Numbered from the stretch's first letter, positions 10,575 to 20,583 are shown. The stretch is 64,000 nt of DNA from Candidatus Gottesmanbacteria bacterium (GCA_903821745.1 CAIJMI010000005.1:263802-327801), one strand, 5' to 3'. Numbers and translations are program-made. The notes: generated by a model from the letters alone, not told the origin.

Positions 10575-10856
10575 TTACTTCATTTTTGCTTCACAGAAGA
10601 ATGCCAGACACCCATTCGTATCACGTTTGAACGTCCATCCTCCAGCACAATCCTCTGCTCGCGGGGTCGTGAGTTCCGGACACGCAAGTCCTGCTTTACT
10701 TCGAAGATCAAAACTGACTTTGTTCATTTGCGTGAGCACCACAACCAGCAAAATGAACGCAAGCGTCAAAAACAACACAAAGTTCCACGCCGAAAGATCA
10801 AACAGCTTTTTAGGTGCGTTTACGTTTGATACGGTTCGACGGATTTTTTTGGTCAT
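10575..10856 (-). CDS. Small membrane-anchored Cys-containing protein (93 aa)
   Basis: Internal ATG at 10854-10856 with GAGGAGAT immediately upstream on the minus strand. One TM helix, then a C-terminal domain with 4 Cys. Confidence 0.35.
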   Translation of the reverse strand: MTKKIRRTVSNVNAPKKLFDLSAWNFVLFLTLAFILLVVVLTQMNKVSFDLRSKAGLACPELTTPRAEDCAGGWTFKRDTNGCLAFFCEAKMK

Positions 10857-10926
10857 ATAAATCTCCTCTATATGTTCAGAGTACGTGAGTTTTGAAATGC
10901 TGTCAATAAGAAGTTTGAGGTAAAAA

Positions 10927-11172
10927 TTACTTAGCAGAAGCGGCAAGTCGTTGCTTTGCATCAAACCGTGCGCGTTTGATACAGGATGTGCATGCACGGA
11001 CACGGGTCATCACGCCACCAACGGGGATCGTCACGACATGCAAATTTGGTGCAAAGGACCGAAGCGTTGTTTGTGCACGTTTTTTCCACTGTCCTCCAGC
11101 AACACCGGTGTGGTGTGTATGCTGTCGTCCAGCGCGCGTCTTTTTTGAACAAATATCACAGGTATATGCCAT
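10927..11172 (-). CDS. rpmB: 50S ribosomal protein L28
   Basis: Contains the L28 signature F.PNLH....V..GG...V..CTSC.K. 81 aa from an ATG at 11170-11172. The ORF track extends further to a non-ATG start. Confidence 0.7.
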   Translation of the reverse strand: MAYTCDICSKKTRAGRQHTHHTGVAGGQWKKRAQTTLRSFAPNLHVVTIPVGGVMTRVRACTSCIKRARFDAKQRLAASAK

Positions 11173-11224
11173 ATCAGTTTTTTTTGTTTGGACCATTTCC
11201 GAACAATGCGTTATACTATACCAC

Positions 11225-11878
11225 ATGCTGCTATCTCACTTCAATAACCTATATGAGTTCCTTGCTATTATCATCGCATTCGTTATTGCGTTAACACTGC
11301 ACGAATTTGCGCATGCATGGATTGCGGATCGGCTGGGTGACCCGACAGCAAGGCTTTTAGGCAGACTGACCGTACATCCAAAAGCACATCTTGACCCCCT
11401 GGGCACCCTCATGATCTTGTTTGCTTCCTTCGGGTGGGCAAAACCGGTTCCCTTTGATCCGTATAACCTCAAAAGTCCACGTCGCGATACGATGCTTATC
11501 TCTCTTGCAGGCCCTGCAATGAACGTACTCATAGCAGGAATTGCTGCATTGCTTCTACGACTGTTTCTTTTAGTCCCGCTTGCTGCATCGCTTTGGTTTC
11601 TCGTTCCTGTATTCAACCTCCTGGTGACGACGTTTTCTATGCTCGTGATAGTAAATGTAAACTTAGCAATTTTTAATCTCATTCCAATTCATCCCCTGGA
11701 CGGATTTAAAATTGTGGAAGGTATGTTGCCGGAGCGAGCTGCCCGTCAGTGGGCATCCCTCCAAAGTCTTGGCATTATTATGCTCTTCATTTTTGTACTT
11801 CCTTTGTTTGGATCTTCCCCCGTACTCCGATTCATCACTCCCATCATCACTGCCATCACAAACGTTCTTCTTCCATAA
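11225..11878 (+). CDS. Site-2 protease family zinc metalloprotease (peptidase M50)
   Basis: HEFAHAW HExxH motif in the first TM helix, with a later LIPIHPLDG (LDG) motif and polytopic topology. Start chosen at ATG 11225; the longer ORF overlaps rpmB. Confidence 0.75.
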   Translation: MLLSHFNNLYEFLAIIIAFVIALTLHEFAHAWIADRLGDPTARLLGRLTVHPKAHLDPLGTLMILFASFGWAKPVPFDPYNLKSPRRDTMLISLAGPAMNVLIAGIAALLLRLFLLVPLAASLWFLVPVFNLLVTTFSMLVIVNVNLAIFNLIPIHPLDGFKIVEGMLPERAARQWASLQSLGIIMLFIFVLPLFGSSPVLRFITPIITAITNVLLP

Positions 11879-11908
11879 ACCGAATAAACTTGCTACAATG
11901 GGGAAATT

Positions 11909-12541
11909 ATGGAGATACAAACATTTATGACACAACCAACCCCCAAAGAACAATATGCACCTGCAGCATTTTTGATGACCGCAGACAGCACGAAAATCCG
12001 TTGCGTTGATGAACGGGAAGCGAAAGATGTCATCAATAACGGCGTTGCTGTTCCAGGTGGAATTTACGGCGTCATCGATACCATTAAAGTAACAGCTGGC
12101 GTGAGCGAAGAGGCAGCATGGCAGATGGCACAAAACGCAGGGATTCCCATTGGTGGACACATGGATGAACATCATGGACCAAAAGGATGCGGATATGGAA
12201 AACTGGTAGAAACAGAACCTGCAACTGTCGGTGCAACCGAAGCTATTCCCGCAGAGATCCGGAAAAATCGCATCGAGCAAGCGCATGGCGAACTCGTGAC
12301 ACTTCTTGGCGATCATCACCCGACGGAAGCCATCATCAATTCCCGTCAGGGAACGACCATTGATACAAAAAAAGCGTCACAGAGTGGACGCGGTATTTTT
12401 GATTTTGACGTCTGGGCAATGGAAGGCTATGCAGAAAAACTACAGCTTGATCCGGGAACGTTTACGAGTCATATGATTGATGTGTACAAAAAAACCGTCA
12501 CTAAATTAACGGGCATCACAACGTTTACGGAAGTAAAATAA
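11909..12541 (+). CDS. Hypothetical protein with Cys/His cluster
   Basis: 210 aa. Contains KIRCVDER (CxDxR) and GGHMDEHHGPKGCGYG, which could be a metal site. Not confidently assignable; the spacing does not fit a canonical beta-carbonic anhydrase. Confidence 0.45.
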   Translation: MEIQTFMTQPTPKEQYAPAAFLMTADSTKIRCVDEREAKDVINNGVAVPGGIYGVIDTIKVTAGVSEEAAWQMAQNAGIPIGGHMDEHHGPKGCGYGKLVETEPATVGATEAIPAEIRKNRIEQAHGELVTLLGDHHPTEAIINSRQGTTIDTKKASQSGRGIFDFDVWAMEGYAEKLQLDPGTFTSHMIDVYKKTVTKLTGITTFTEVK

Positions 12542-12544
12542 TAT

Positions 12545-13171
12545 ATGCGTGCTTACTTTACCGCATCGATTGTCGGGAAAAAGTATCACCTTACCAACTA
12601 TAAACGGATCATTGAATTTCTGGAAAAACACGGCATCGAAGTAGCTGCCGATCACATCCTCAACACGACAGAAGAACAGATCCATTTTGAAACCCGGGAA
12701 CAACGGGTCAAAATGCAAAAAAAATTCGAGGAATGGGTCAATGAAGCAGACTTTGTCGTAGTAGAAGCCAGCTTCCCCTCCATTTCCGTCGGCTATGAAA
12801 TTGCCCTTGCTGTCCATCGAGGAAAACCAGTCTTGGTCCTCTACAGCGAAGGAGATCCCCCGTCTCTCATCATCAACAACGAAGAGGAAAAGCTCGTGGT
12901 AGAAAAGTACAACAAGGAAACTCTTCCAACACTTATTGATGATTTCGTCAACTACTACAAAGGTGAGGGTGACACCCGATTTACCTTTTTCATTACCTCA
13001 AAAATAGCTGCATTTTTGGCCAAACAGGCCAAAAAGAACAAAGTACCGAAATCCGGTCTACCTTCGCTCGCTCATCATGCAGGACATGAAAACCCGTACA
13101 GCCTAAATATACATAACCGTGATGCAGTGACAGACACCGCATCCCCTGTATACTCGTTCTATGCAGACTAA
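12545..13171 (+). CDS. Nucleoside 2-deoxyribosyltransferase-like (flavodoxin-fold) protein
   Basis: YFTASIVGKK N-terminus and VVVEASFPSISVGYEIALA resemble the nucleoside 2-deoxyribosyltransferase family. Carries a C-terminal basic tail. Confidence 0.45.
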   Translation: MRAYFTASIVGKKYHLTNYKRIIEFLEKHGIEVAADHILNTTEEQIHFETREQRVKMQKKFEEWVNEADFVVVEASFPSISVGYEIALAVHRGKPVLVLYSEGDPPSLIINNEEEKLVVEKYNKETLPTLIDDFVNYYKGEGDTRFTFFITSKIAAFLAKQAKKNKVPKSGLPSLAHHAGHENPYSLNIHNRDAVTDTASPVYSFYAD

Positions 13172-13392
13172 AAATACTATGCTATTGATGTGGAAAAAGA
13201 ACGTCGAGTTCTGGACCAATCTCGTCCCTAAGGCATGGGACCGTCTTCCCTTGGACGGAAAACTTGCATGGATCATGATCATCACCTACACCATTTGTTT
13301 CCTCACCCTCATGGAGGTATTGCTGTTAAAATAACAATGCATACTTCCATTAATGTACGGTTGATAAATCAACCACAATAACATGCAACCCA

Positions 13393-13716
13393 TTATTTCA
13401 ATCGTTTCAGGAGTGTCTGGTGATAGTACGGGGTATCTACAAGCATTCTAGTGAGTTCAAAAAACCCGCGGTCAATCAAATGATAATACACTTCTCTGCC
13501 TTCTGTTCGTTTTCCCACCCATCCGCTCTTCTCAAGTATCTTCATATGATGAGACACTAAATTCTGTGCTTCATCAATATCAATCACAATTTCATGAAGC
13601 GGGAGTTCACCATGGGCCAAGGTATAGAGAATTGCCAAACGAATCCAGTGTGCTGGACCCTGCATCTTTTTTTCAAATAGCCGTGTTTTTTCTTTAAGTC
13701 GAATGCCAGTAAGCAT
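13393..13716 (-). CDS. ArsR/SmtB-family HTH transcriptional regulator
   Basis: RLAILYTL ... LVSHHMKILEKSGWVGKRTEGREVYYHL is a classic ArsR wHTH. Confidence 0.7.
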   Translation of the reverse strand: MLTGIRLKEKTRLFEKKMQGPAHWIRLAILYTLAHGELPLHEIVIDIDEAQNLVSHHMKILEKSGWVGKRTEGREVYYHLIDRGFFELTRMLVDTPYYHQTLLKRLK

Positions 13717-14050
13717 AGATCTATCGTACCACGAAATGGAAAAAACGATATATACAAAAGGAACCTTAGTAAAAAAGAAGAAAAATAATTTCGCTCGAAG
13801 GGTTGTAAAGGTTTTCCCCGTCTAGAACTATTTGGTAGGACTGATCATTTGCCCTCGGGCAAGCGATACTGTCGTCCTGTAGCGTTTGATAAATATAACA
13901 AACGCGAACCTCATTGATGAGAAATTTGTAGAGGAAAAATCGCTTTACAAATATTCCCTTCAGAGCAGATATAAGCGTAGAACAAAAAACAGATGATGTC
14001 AAGAAAATTATGAAAAAAGGTATAATATATCTGTACTCTATATAAAAAGT

Positions 14051-14644
14051 ATGAAAACTATCTATTTTGTTCGCCACGGGGATAAAGTTATTGATATTGG
14101 TAATGTCGGTTTAACCGAAGTAGGAAAAAAACAAGCGGAAAATACAGCTAACTTTTTTAAGAAAAAATCTATTGACTATCTACTTTCAAGCCCTTATAAA
14201 CGTACCGCCGAGACTGCAAACATTATTAGTTCTAATATACACATTCCAGTTATTTTTGATGAACGACTAAAAGAACGGATGTTTTTCGGCGAAATTCCAA
14301 ACATTAATTACCAACAATACATCTCACTTTGTGCAAAATCATCCATTCATAGAGATTATATTTTACCGAATGGAGTTTCGTCATACTTGGTAGGAAAAAG
14401 AGTCACCGAATTAGTTGATGAAATTATTAACTCCAATCATACAAATATAGTTATTGTCTCACATTTAGGCACAATTGCAGATTATATTAGAAATATTTTT
14501 TCTAAGCGCATTCTTAGAGAACAACAACCTGAATTTGTTAAAACGTTTGATTTAAAACTCGCCTCTATTACCGCTATCGCGTATACGAATTTAAACGCTC
14601 GAATATTAACACTAGGCTCAACTCTTCATTTAGATAAATTCTAA
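14051..14644 (+). CDS. Histidine phosphatase family protein (phosphoglycerate-mutase-like)
   Basis: IYFVRHGD (RHG catalytic motif), a later SSPYKRTAETA segment, and VSHLGTI near the C-terminus. Lies in an AT-rich segment. Confidence 0.7.
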   Translation: MKTIYFVRHGDKVIDIGNVGLTEVGKKQAENTANFFKKKSIDYLLSSPYKRTAETANIISSNIHIPVIFDERLKERMFFGEIPNINYQQYISLCAKSSIHRDYILPNGVSSYLVGKRVTELVDEIINSNHTNIVIVSHLGTIADYIRNIFSKRILREQQPEFVKTFDLKLASITAIAYTNLNARILTLGSTLHLDKF

Positions 14645-14684
14645 AAAATTGAATTTAGCTTGTTAAAGCAATATAATCTAGCAT

Positions 14685-15242
14685 ATGTCCGCTGAAGTTA
14701 TTCGGTATTCTGTTCTAGAAAGCTATCAAAATCATCCAATTGAATCACCAATTAATTTGAATGTCTATGAAAAAAATGTATCTGCTTTTTCGAAAAGCAC
14801 CGTGTTCTTCGGCACGGATCAGGACAATAATCATATTGCTTTAAAACTGTCGGCCTATCCTTGGGGTGCACGAAGAGAATGGAAAGGTTTACAAATAGCA
14901 TATTCACACAATATACCCACACCCGAACCATTTGATCTTGTTAAAACAGAAAACGGTGTCTTAGGTATCACAAGTAGAAAATTTGATGGAGTAAATTTAT
15001 ATACAAACTCGGCACCAGAGTTAAAAGCTCTTTTTGGCTCGATTATAAATACTATGCACAATACTGTCCCTGTTGAAGGAACTGAATGGAAAAACTCAGG
15101 TAAAATGGACTTCACATACTTCGATAAGGAAATAGAACGCTGGAATTCCGCAAGATTACCTGAGCTACAAAAGAAAAATAGATCACAAAAACTTTTAGAA
15201 AAATTTTCAAAAGCAGTTCATGATCAGAAAACTAGTTTTTAA
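14685..15242 (+). CDS. Kinase-like (phosphotransferase/APH-like) N-lobe fragment, probably truncated
   Basis: 185 aa resembling only an N-terminal lobe (ALKLS lysine region) with no HxD/DxxE catalytic loop. The 3' end overlaps the convergent YcaO remnant. AT-rich. Confidence 0.3.
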   Translation: MSAEVIRYSVLESYQNHPIESPINLNVYEKNVSAFSKSTVFFGTDQDNNHIALKLSAYPWGARREWKGLQIAYSHNIPTPEPFDLVKTENGVLGITSRKFDGVNLYTNSAPELKALFGSIINTMHNTVPVEGTEWKNSGKMDFTYFDKEIERWNSARLPELQKKNRSQKLLEKFSKAVHDQKTSF

Positions 15243-16055
15243 ACCGCAATGAATTGCCGGACCTATTCCTGTTCTGTCAACTAAAATGGTCACAAAAGTC
15301 GGAACACCAAGATCAGAAGTAATATCCATGATATGTCCTTCAATTCGATACCGATTTAATATACTCAACAAAGTTGTAATTCGCGCATCAGGGATTTTCT
15401 CCAAATCTACTTTATCATTCTCTAATTTATTCAAATAACTGATCATAAAAGCATCTCTTTCAATCACCTCATATATACCTCTCACTAAAGCTGATGCTAA
15501 ACACCCTCCAGCCGCAGCACCAGTACTAATAGGTACTGATAGCATTCCCTCATGTTCTTGAAATCTATAAGAATGATATATTAGATGCGCGGGTATATAC
15601 TTCTCACCATTTTGAGTTAAATTTTTGCACAAAACCCAATTATATCGAGTCGTTTCGTCGCAAGACCCTATATTTTGTTTTTCTAAAAATGAAAGCGGTG
15701 ATAAATCAATAGCTTTCTTCTTGATATCTTTATATGAAGAAAAAACAAACGAATGCTTTCTATAAATAGTACAGGCATATCGTTCTATAGCTTCAGATAT
15801 ACATTTAAGTAAAGCGATATCTTCTGAATATAGTGAAGCACCGTTTGACCGTTTAGAATCTACATCCCAACCATCTGTTTCTTTAGAAAAATCGTTAAGT
15901 TCCGCCGTAAATTAATAAAACTTTGGTTCATCACTAAATTGATGAACTCTAAATACTGATCGAATAAAATTCAGCTCTGGAAATAAAGATAAAAAATCCA
16001 GAAGTGATTGTTGAACACTTTTCTCATTTTGAGAGAATATATTCTCACTTATCAT
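15207..16055 (-). pseudogene. YcaO-domain (RiPP cyclodehydratase-like) gene interrupted by an in-frame TAA and C-terminally short
   Basis: My own translation of the minus strand: ATG at 16055-16053, 47 codons, TAA at 15914-15912, then the same frame continues with ...LKCISEAIERY... (YcaO ExxER motif) and SVPISTGAAAGGCLASALVRGIYEVIERDAF (YcaO nucleotide-binding signature). Total 282 codons against about 400 for intact YcaO proteins. The track ORF 15207-15632 starts at a TTG. Confidence 0.55.
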
Positions 16056-16171
16056 ATGCCAAGACGACTTTCAACCGATTATTATACCAACATACATAAA
16101 AGTCAATAAATTCCAACTTGGACGCATCCAGTATTTACGATATAATGACAACTATCACATTGTCAGGATGG

Positions 16172-16256
16172 CAGAGTGGACAATCGCAACAGTCTGTAAA
16201 ACTGTCGCCTTAACGGGCTACCCAGGTTCGAATCCTGGTCCTGACACAATGACTAT
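16172..16256 (+). tRNA. tRNA-Tyr (anticodon GTA), type II with long variable arm
   Basis: Acceptor GTCAGGA/TCCTGAC, anticodon arm ACAGT-CTGTAAA-ACTGT, long variable arm, T arm CCAGG-TTCGAAT-CCTGG. TATAAT at 16151-16156 upstream. D-arm pairing is imperfect by eye. Confidence 0.7.
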
Positions 16257-16270
16257 TCATGCCGAGATAG

Positions 16271-16345
16271 CTCAGTGGTAGAGCAACTGTTTTGTAAACA
16301 GTAGGTCCGGGGTCCGAATCCCCGCCTCGGCTCCAAATACCTTTT
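16271..16345 (+). tRNA. tRNA-Thr (anticodon TGT), CCA encoded
   Basis: Cloverleaf by eye: GCCGAGA-TA-GCTC-AGTGGTA-GAGC-A-ACTGT-TTTGTAA-ACAGT-AGGTC-CGGGG-TCCGAAT-CCCCG-CCTCGGC-T-CCA. Confidence 0.75.
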
Positions 16346-16347
16346 CT

Positions 16348-17025
16348 TCAAAGAACCCTTCGTTTTTTCAAATGCAGATACGGCGTACGTTCTGCTTCCA
16401 CTACAAAATCATATTTGTCAGTATCAAGGCAAAATGAAAAATCATCCTCAGGAAATTCTGGTTTTTCTGGATCAAAAAACCAAGATGATCTGTACCGTTT
16501 CCGCAGTTGTTTTACAATTCCATTCATGTCTGATTGTTTTCCTTTAAGGAAATCTATCATATAGTCGGCAAACAAATCATCTTCAGTGCCTACTCCTGCA
16601 AGTACAAGAAATGACACTGTTTCTGGTGTTACGTGTTTAATCAAAGAACAAATAGCTCCTGCAGTGACAAATCCACCAAATACCAATGTCGTTGCACGTG
16701 TTGCACGAACCAATCCTTGCGTTCCTTGTGTTGACCGGTGCACTATGGTAATTCCAGTAAGATCAACAGAAGAAATAAGAAAGGGAGAATTCCCATAATC
16801 AAACCCAGGAATTGGTATTCCATGATCCTCACCCATCATGCGCGTATTCGGGTGCAGTGCTTTGAAAGCAAAAGCATCTTCTTTTGTTGTAACAGGAATA
16901 ATTTCTTGTGCCCCCTGAGATAACGCACATGCAGCGGTCGTTGCCGCACGGAAGACGTCAATCATCACGACAAAATCTGTTGCTTCTTTCGCCTGCTCAA
17001 CTCCATAAAACTTTTTGATATGCAT
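16348..17025 (-). CDS. 2-phosphosulfolactate phosphatase (ComB)-like protein
   Basis: VVMIDVFRAATTAA matches the ComB family signature VIDVLRATST. Start at ATG 17023-17025. Confidence 0.55.
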   Translation of the reverse strand: MHIKKFYGVEQAKEATDFVVMIDVFRAATTAACALSQGAQEIIPVTTKEDAFAFKALHPNTRMMGEDHGIPIPGFDYGNSPFLISSVDLTGITIVHRSTQGTQGLVRATRATTLVFGGFVTAGAICSLIKHVTPETVSFLVLAGVGTEDDLFADYMIDFLKGKQSDMNGIVKQLRKRYRSSWFFDPEKPEFPEDDFSFCLDTDKYDFVVEAERTPYLHLKKRRVL

Positions 17026-17073
17026 GATTGACCTCTTGCAAAAATATACTCCTTCTATATATAGTATGTATAT

Positions 17074-17559
17074 ATGGAAAACGAAAAAACAACCCAAGAG
17101 GGGGAAACCTCAAGCGTATACATCATTGGTGCCGTCATCGTGGTTGCCATGATCATTGCGGGTGTGCTGCTTTGGCCAAAACCAAAACCAGTACCAACGA
17201 CAACAACCCCAGTTGTTGAAGAAAAGGCAATGATTTCAAAATTGTCATGTGACAAACAATGGTTCAATCCGATGATCGGATTTTCCAAATACTATCTCTC
17301 TGCGGAAGGAGCAACACTGTTAACCAGCAAAGGGATCATCTGTACATTTACGGTTACCGCAAATGCTGATGGAAAAGTCCTTGCAACCGAGGATGTTCCC
17401 GGTGTGTTAAGTCCAGCAAATGAACGGGGTGGACAAAAATATCAATGCACCAGTAAAGCAATCGAGATTGCAAAAGTCGCTGCAACCATGAAAACGACTG
17501 TCAAAGATGATCAGGGGGCAACTGCCTCCTGTGCAGCAGGAGCAATGAACCTGCAATAA
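17074..17559 (+). CDS. Hypothetical membrane-anchored/secreted protein
   Basis: N-terminal TM (IIGAVIVVAMIIAGVLLW), Pro/Thr linker, then a Cys-containing domain. An intrinsic terminator follows. Confidence 0.45.
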   Translation: MENEKTTQEGETSSVYIIGAVIVVAMIIAGVLLWPKPKPVPTTTTPVVEEKAMISKLSCDKQWFNPMIGFSKYYLSAEGATLLTSKGIICTFTVTANADGKVLATEDVPGVLSPANERGGQKYQCTSKAIEIAKVAATMKTTVKDDQGATASCAAGAMNLQ

Positions 17560-17586
17560 CAGTAACGCAAAAAGTATATAAAAAAT

Positions 17587-17613
17587 ACGGGACGCACTGT
17601 CCCGTATTTTTTT
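17587..17613 (+). terminator. Rho-independent terminator shared by convergent genes
   Basis: Hairpin ACGGGAC-GCACT-GTCCCGT followed by ATTTTTTTG and preceded by AAAAAA, so it can work bidirectionally. Confidence 0.6.
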
Positions 17614-17635
17614 GTATTCTCTTGTCTTTCTAATA

Positions 17636-18847
17636 TTAAATAATCCCCAACTCTTTACCCACTTTTGCAAATGCCGCAATGCCAAAATCCAAATCTTTTT
17701 TCGTATGGCTTGCAGATGGCATGACACGAATACGTGCTTTGCCAAGTGCAACCATTGGGAATTTAATTGGCGTTGCAAAGACATGATGGTCAAAAAGTTT
17801 CATGCTAAATGTTTTTGCAAGATTCTCATCCCCAATCATGACTGGGGTTATTGGCGTTTCAGAAACGCCGGTATTAAACCCGAGTTTTTTAAATTCCTTT
17901 TTCAAATACGCACCATTTGCCCACACCTTCTTCACCAACGCATCAGATTTGGTAAGCATAGATATTGCCTCAATCAGTGCTGCAGTATCAGGAATAGTGA
18001 GACCTGTTGAAAATGCAAATGGTCGGGCTTTTTGCCGATAATATTCAATGAGCTCTTTCTTTCCGGCAATCACACCTCCAACAACACCAAGTGCTTTGGA
18101 AAATGTTCCGACTTCAATATCCACTTGTCCATGTAAATGGAAGTGGTCAACGATGCCTCGTCCAAAATTTCCCAATACTCCTTCTCCATGTGCATCATCT
18201 GTCATGGTGATAGCACCATATTTCTTTGCAAGTTTGACGATCTCAGGAAGTGGTGCAATGTCTCCATCCATAGAAAACACACCATCCGTCACAATAAGAA
18301 CCAACCGTTTACTTCCATCGACCCGTGGTGTTTGTGCGAGTGGTTGGACCTCTTTCAATTTCATCTCCAAATCCTGCATGTTGTTGTGCTTGTATATGAA
18401 CTTGTTTCCAATCTGCGCAATCTTCACCGCATCAATGATAGATGCATGATTGAGCTCATCAGAAATCACGATGTCTTCTTTTCCCATGATGGTTTGAATG
18501 GCAATGATATTTGCGATAAATCCACCCTGCACCACAAGTGCTGCTTCACATTTTTTAAATTTTGCCATTTCTTCTTCGAGCTTCAAGTGGAGTACATTGG
18601 TTCCGGATAACGTTCGCACGGCTCCCGGACCGACACCGTATTTTTTGACCGCTGCAATTGCTGCTTTTCCGACCCTCGGATTGCCGGCAAGCCCTAAATA
18701 ATTATTGGAACAAAAATTCAATACTTTTTTTCCGTTTACCTTCAGCCATGCACCCTGTGGGGATTCCACAGTTCTAATAGTGCTATACAGTCCCTTCTCT
18801 TTCATCGCGGCTATTTGGTCATAAAACGGTTGTAATGGATCAGTCAT
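17636..18847 (-). CDS. kbl: Glycine C-acetyltransferase (2-amino-3-ketobutyrate CoA ligase), PLP-dependent
   Basis: Alpha-oxoamine synthase family with a PLP-lysine region (GTFSKALG). Adjacent to tdh. ATG at 18845-18847 with an AGGAGG RBS. Confidence 0.8.
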   Translation of the reverse strand: MTDPLQPFYDQIAAMKEKGLYSTIRTVESPQGAWLKVNGKKVLNFCSNNYLGLAGNPRVGKAAIAAVKKYGVGPGAVRTLSGTNVLHLKLEEEMAKFKKCEAALVVQGGFIANIIAIQTIMGKEDIVISDELNHASIIDAVKIAQIGNKFIYKHNNMQDLEMKLKEVQPLAQTPRVDGSKRLVLIVTDGVFSMDGDIAPLPEIVKLAKKYGAITMTDDAHGEGVLGNFGRGIVDHFHLHGQVDIEVGTFSKALGVVGGVIAGKKELIEYYRQKARPFAFSTGLTIPDTAALIEAISMLTKSDALVKKVWANGAYLKKEFKKLGFNTGVSETPITPVMIGDENLAKTFSMKLFDHHVFATPIKFPMVALGKARIRVMPSASHTKKDLDFGIAAFAKVGKELGII

Positions 18848-18858
18848 GGTCCTCCTTT

Positions 18859-19800
18859 TTAGGCAAGAGAAAATTTTTTCTTTAATGCAATAATCATGGT
18901 TTCTGTCATTTTCGGCAACGTGTATTCGTGGTTCCATCCCCAATCTTTCCGGGCAACCGAATCATCAATAGACTGCGGCCAGCTGTCGGCAATGGCCTGA
19001 TGAAAATCCGGTTTGTATGTTACGTCAACTTTCAACTGTTTGTTGATTTCTTTCGCAAGTTCCTCTGCAGTAAAACTAATAGCAGCGAGGTTGTAACTCG
19101 TATGGATGGTAAGTTTTGAAGGGTCTGCTTCCATCAGTTCCATCGTCCCCCGTACCGCATCATCCATATACATCATGGGCAAGGTGGTATCAGGCCGAAC
19201 GAAACATTCGTAGCTTCCTTTTTGTAACCCGTCATAAAAAATGGCAACCGCATAATCTGTTGTTCCGCCACCGGGTGGTGTTTTCCAACTGATGATGCCG
19301 GGATACCGAACCGATCGGATATCCACACCAAATTTTTTGTGGTAATACGCAACCAACAGTTCTCCAGCAACTTTTGTGACCCCATACATCGTGGTCGGTT
19401 CAAGCACTGTTTGTTGTGGTGTGTTGACGCGGGGGGTAGTTGGACCGAATGCAGCAATGGAACTTGGCCAAAACACCTGCAGGTTGTACTTCACCGCAAG
19501 GTCTAAAATAATTTTTAATCCCCCCATGTTAATCTGCCAGGTCAAGGAAGGATCCACTTCTCCTTTTGCAGAAAGAAGCGATACGAGATGATAGACCGTA
19601 TCAATGGAATATTTTTTAATAATTGCTTCCAACTTGTCTCCCTCACCGATCTCCGCTTGCTCAACGATTCCTTGAAAATCTTTTGGAATCGTGTGATGAC
19701 CAATCGCAACCACGTGATCAACCCCAAATTTTTTCTGAAGCGCTGGAACGAGTTCACTGCCAATTTGTCCAAATGCTCCGGTAACCAAAATATTGTTCAT
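18859..19800 (-). CDS. tdh: L-threonine 3-dehydrogenase (NAD-dependent epimerase/dehydratase family)
   Basis: [12 protein letters not shown] Rossmann motif, YxxxK in an SDR-extended fold, and the classic tdh-kbl pairing. Confidence 0.7.
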   Translation of the reverse strand: MNNILVTGAFGQIGSELVPALQKKFGVDHVVAIGHHTIPKDFQGIVEQAEIGEGDKLEAIIKKYSIDTVYHLVSLLSAKGEVDPSLTWQINMGGLKIILDLAVKYNLQVFWPSSIAAFGPTTPRVNTPQQTVLEPTTMYGVTKVAGELLVAYYHKKFGVDIRSVRYPGIISWKTPPGGGTTDYAVAIFYDGLQKGSYECFVRPDTTLPMMYMDDAVRGTMELMEADPSKLTIHTSYNLAAISFTAEELAKEINKQLKVDVTYKPDFHQAIADSWPQSIDDSVARKDWGWNHEYTLPKMTETMIIALKKKFSLA

Positions 19801-19939
19801 AGACTTTTTCTCCTATATATACTTAGTCGAAAACCAATACAAAATCATGCGGATGAAAACTACATCCATACTGTATCGGTGCAGCAAAAAAAAGTCAACA
19901 ATACAAAGAGAAGAAATATTTGATAAAATGAAAACCATT

Positions 19940-20010
19940 GCCCGATTAGTTTAACGGTAAAACGGAGTCTTGGTAAGACTCAGAAGAAAGTTCGACTCTC
20001 TCATCGGGCT
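19940..20010 (+). tRNA. tRNA-Thr (anticodon GGT)
   Basis: GCCCGAT-TA-GTTT-AACGGTA-AAAC-G-GAGTC-TTGGTAA-GACTC-AGAA-GAAAG-TTCGACT-CTCTC-ATCGGGC-T. A TAAAAT -10-like element sits 7 nt upstream. Confidence 0.7.
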
Positions 20011-20152
20011 CATAATAAAACCGTGACAAAAAATCACGATTTAAAAAATAATATTTTCCTCACTTGACATCCTATACTATTTAATTGAAACTTATAGAGG
20101 AACGTATTTTTTACGTTTTATTTGTATTGAACTATTTTTTTGAAATTATTGT

Positions 20153-20539
20153 ATGCTACATTCACCACGAGAAGAAGACAGCGAACTGTTTGGTCAGGAA
20201 TTAACCCTGAATTTATACGGTTGCAATCTTGCAACCATTTCCTCCCGTACAAAAATCCGAAAATTTGTCATTGAACTTTGTGATCATGTCATTCACATGA
20301 AGCGATACGGGAAAGCATTTATTCCCCATTTCGGTCATGAAAATCCAATCACATCAGGATTCTCTCTGGTCCAACTTATCGAAACCAGCTCCGTCACTGC
20401 CCATTTTTCAGAATACAAAAAAGCCGTGTACATGAATATTTTTTCCTGTGCATGGTTTGACGCAAAAATCACCACCAAGTTCTGCAAAACATATTTTGGT
20501 GCAAAAACGGTCAAAGCAAAACTCACCAAACGCCCCTAA
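20153..20539 (+). CDS. S-adenosylmethionine decarboxylase-like pyruvoyl-dependent decarboxylase (SpeH class)
   Basis: LYGC, LVQLIETSSVTAHFSE (the ES/H cleavage-site region) and VYMNIFSCAWFD fit the small archaeal/bacterial AdoMetDC proenzyme family. Confidence 0.55.
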   Translation: MLHSPREEDSELFGQELTLNLYGCNLATISSRTKIRKFVIELCDHVIHMKRYGKAFIPHFGHENPITSGFSLVQLIETSSVTAHFSEYKKAVYMNIFSCAWFDAKITTKFCKTYFGAKTVKAKLTKRP

Positions 20540-20583
20540 AAAACATAGAAACTCTCCACTAGCGTACATGGAAAGAATTTGCT

